NCBI GenBank assembly: GCA_947627565.1
Contig: CANQWO010000005.1
Span: forward strand, 4,220 to 68,219
Reading direction: 5' to 3'
From: an uncultured Clostridia bacterium
Lineage (GTDB): Bacteria > Bacillota > Clostridia > Christensenellales > Borkfalkiaceae
DNA length: 64,000 bases
Translations under genes and position numbers: made by a program
Part shown: in pieces, positions 63,103 through 64,000 of the stretch
Layout: each line of letters opens with the position of its first letter
How positions within the stretch are numbered: position 1 is the first letter of the stretch
The notes under the pieces: model-generated
Seen by the model: only the letters and a program-made list of their open reading frames with translations
What the model was told of the DNA's origin: nothing
Databases searched by the model: none

Positions 63103-64000
63103 TCAAATCAGATCGACGCTGTGGCGAACATTGCCGTTGGAATTTGCCATGAGGTTGTATTCGACGGCATACTGCACCACGGTATGGGCGGGAACGGTGA
63201 TCTCATAGTGGCAGGCGAGATCGAATCCGTTGCCGTGTTCCGAAGAACCGTGCTGCATCATAAAGAACGGGGCAAGGCCCTCCGTCATGACGCGCGTACC
63301 GTCCATATTGCGGAGCATGCAGGGCATTCCGCCGCTCGGTATGATGTTGATCCGTACCTTGCGCTCTCTTGCCCCTTGATTGACGAAGGTGAAGACATCG
63401 ATGAACCCCTTCATCCAGTTGCCCATATTGGGAAGTTTTCCGACGCTGTCGAAATAGTTGCAGCCGTAGACGATCTCGTTGCCGTTTTGATCGACGGTAT
63501 GGAACGTCGTCACGTCTGTTCCGATGGCCAACTGAACTTGTTGCACGTCGATGTGGGTGAACCATTCCAACTTGTTTTCCTGTCGGTGCGCCTTGGTCCC
63601 GGGGATCTTGGTGTTGGGAGTCCCCGTCGTGCCGCCCTCGCCCTCAACGCGCGTGGAGCCGACCTCGTCGCTGTAATAATTGGTATAATTGACGGGCAAT
63701 TTTCTGGAGGGCGTCACGTCGTTGAAAGTCCAGGTCGCACTGTTATCGACGACATAGCCGACGTCCCATCCGCAGGAAGCGGCCGGCTGGATCGTTCCGC
63801 CGAGGTGCGTATCGATCCCCTCTCCGCCCGGCATGACTTTGGAGACGTCGTTGTAAATATAGAATGCGCCCTCCGCCTCGCCGACGACGTCGAACAGCAC
63901 TGCGCCGTTCTCCACAACAGCATTCGTGGACTTGCAATTGGCCGTGCCGTCCACGTTGATCCCGTCGAAGGCGTCGACCGTCGTTCCGCCCATCACATAC
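63103..64000 (-). CDS. Uncharacterised secreted protein, paralogue B (C-terminal 299 codons; the 5' part lies beyond the window)
   Basis: The frame stays open to position 64000 (..YVMGGTT). It aligns by eye with paralogue A through blocks NGAVLFDVVG, SKVMPGGEG, VGYVVDNSATW, FTFVNQG, VEYNLMANS and VRHSVDL. Confidence 0.8.
   Translation of the reverse strand, partial: YVMGGTTVDAFDGINVDGTANCKSTNAVVENGAVLFDVVGEAEGAFYIYNDVSKVMPGGEGIDTHLGGTIQPAASCGWDVGYVVDNSATWTFNDVTPSRKLPVNYTNYYSDEVGSTRVEGEGGTTGTPNTKIPGTKAHRQENKLEWFTHIDVQQVQLAIGTDVTTFHTVDQNGNEIVYGCNYFDSVGKLPNMGNWMKGFIDVFTFVNQGARERKVRINIIPSGGMPCMLRNMDGTRVMTEGLAPFFMMQHGSSEHGNGFDLACHYEITVPAHTVVQYAVEYNLMANSNGNVRHSVDLI

Noticed and set aside
1-64000. 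Search for CRISPR arrays, rRNA genes, transposases/IS elements, prophage genes, toxin-antitoxin or known defence-system genes, and transcription regulators.
   Set aside because: I saw no regularly spaced direct repeats, no rRNA-like conserved blocks, and no recombinase, transposase or nuclease motifs in any credible ORF. The only mobile-DNA-like signal is the IR-flanked promoter at 34019-34211.

Overview
This is a GC-rich, GC3-biased Firmicutes/Clostridia-like chromosomal segment, with AGGAGG ribosome-binding sites, TTGACA-17-TAtAAT promoters and many lipobox lipoproteins. Nearly all real genes are on the minus strand. The long plus-strand ORFs in the track (up to 2,066 aa) are antisense shadow ORFs.

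Contents, left to right:
1. The 5' 14.9 kb of one giant surface-repeat-protein gene (1-14897, minus). It is absent from the ORF track because it has no stop codon inside the window.
2. A GH51 arabinofuranosidase.
3. A lytic transglycosylase, then a tRNA-Leu with an unusual AAG anticodon, then a small AT-rich islet.
4. A 7-gene fructan-type operon: CUT1 ABC permeases, binding protein, CBM-like lipoprotein, fructokinase and two GH32 genes.
5. A 1,427-aa adhesin-like gene whose only strong promoter lies between 24-nt inverted repeats and currently points away from the gene. This is a candidate invertible phase-variation switch in the OFF orientation.
6. An SPFH protein and a GH36 alpha-galactosidase.
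7. A roughly 16-kb operon led by a 1,568-aa triple-repeat lipoprotein. It is followed by a second CUT1 ABC system, DUF4127, a Big_2 lipoprotein, a GDPD-like protein, a GH26-like lipoprotein and NanE.
8. A 4-gene operon: phosphodiester glycosidase (NAGPA-like), SGNH esterase, GH20 and GH31.
9. Two tandem paralogues of an unrecognised secreted protein family.

No rRNA genes, CRISPR arrays, transposases, recombinases, regulators or ABC ATPases were seen. All functional calls come from motifs read by eye. No database search was run.
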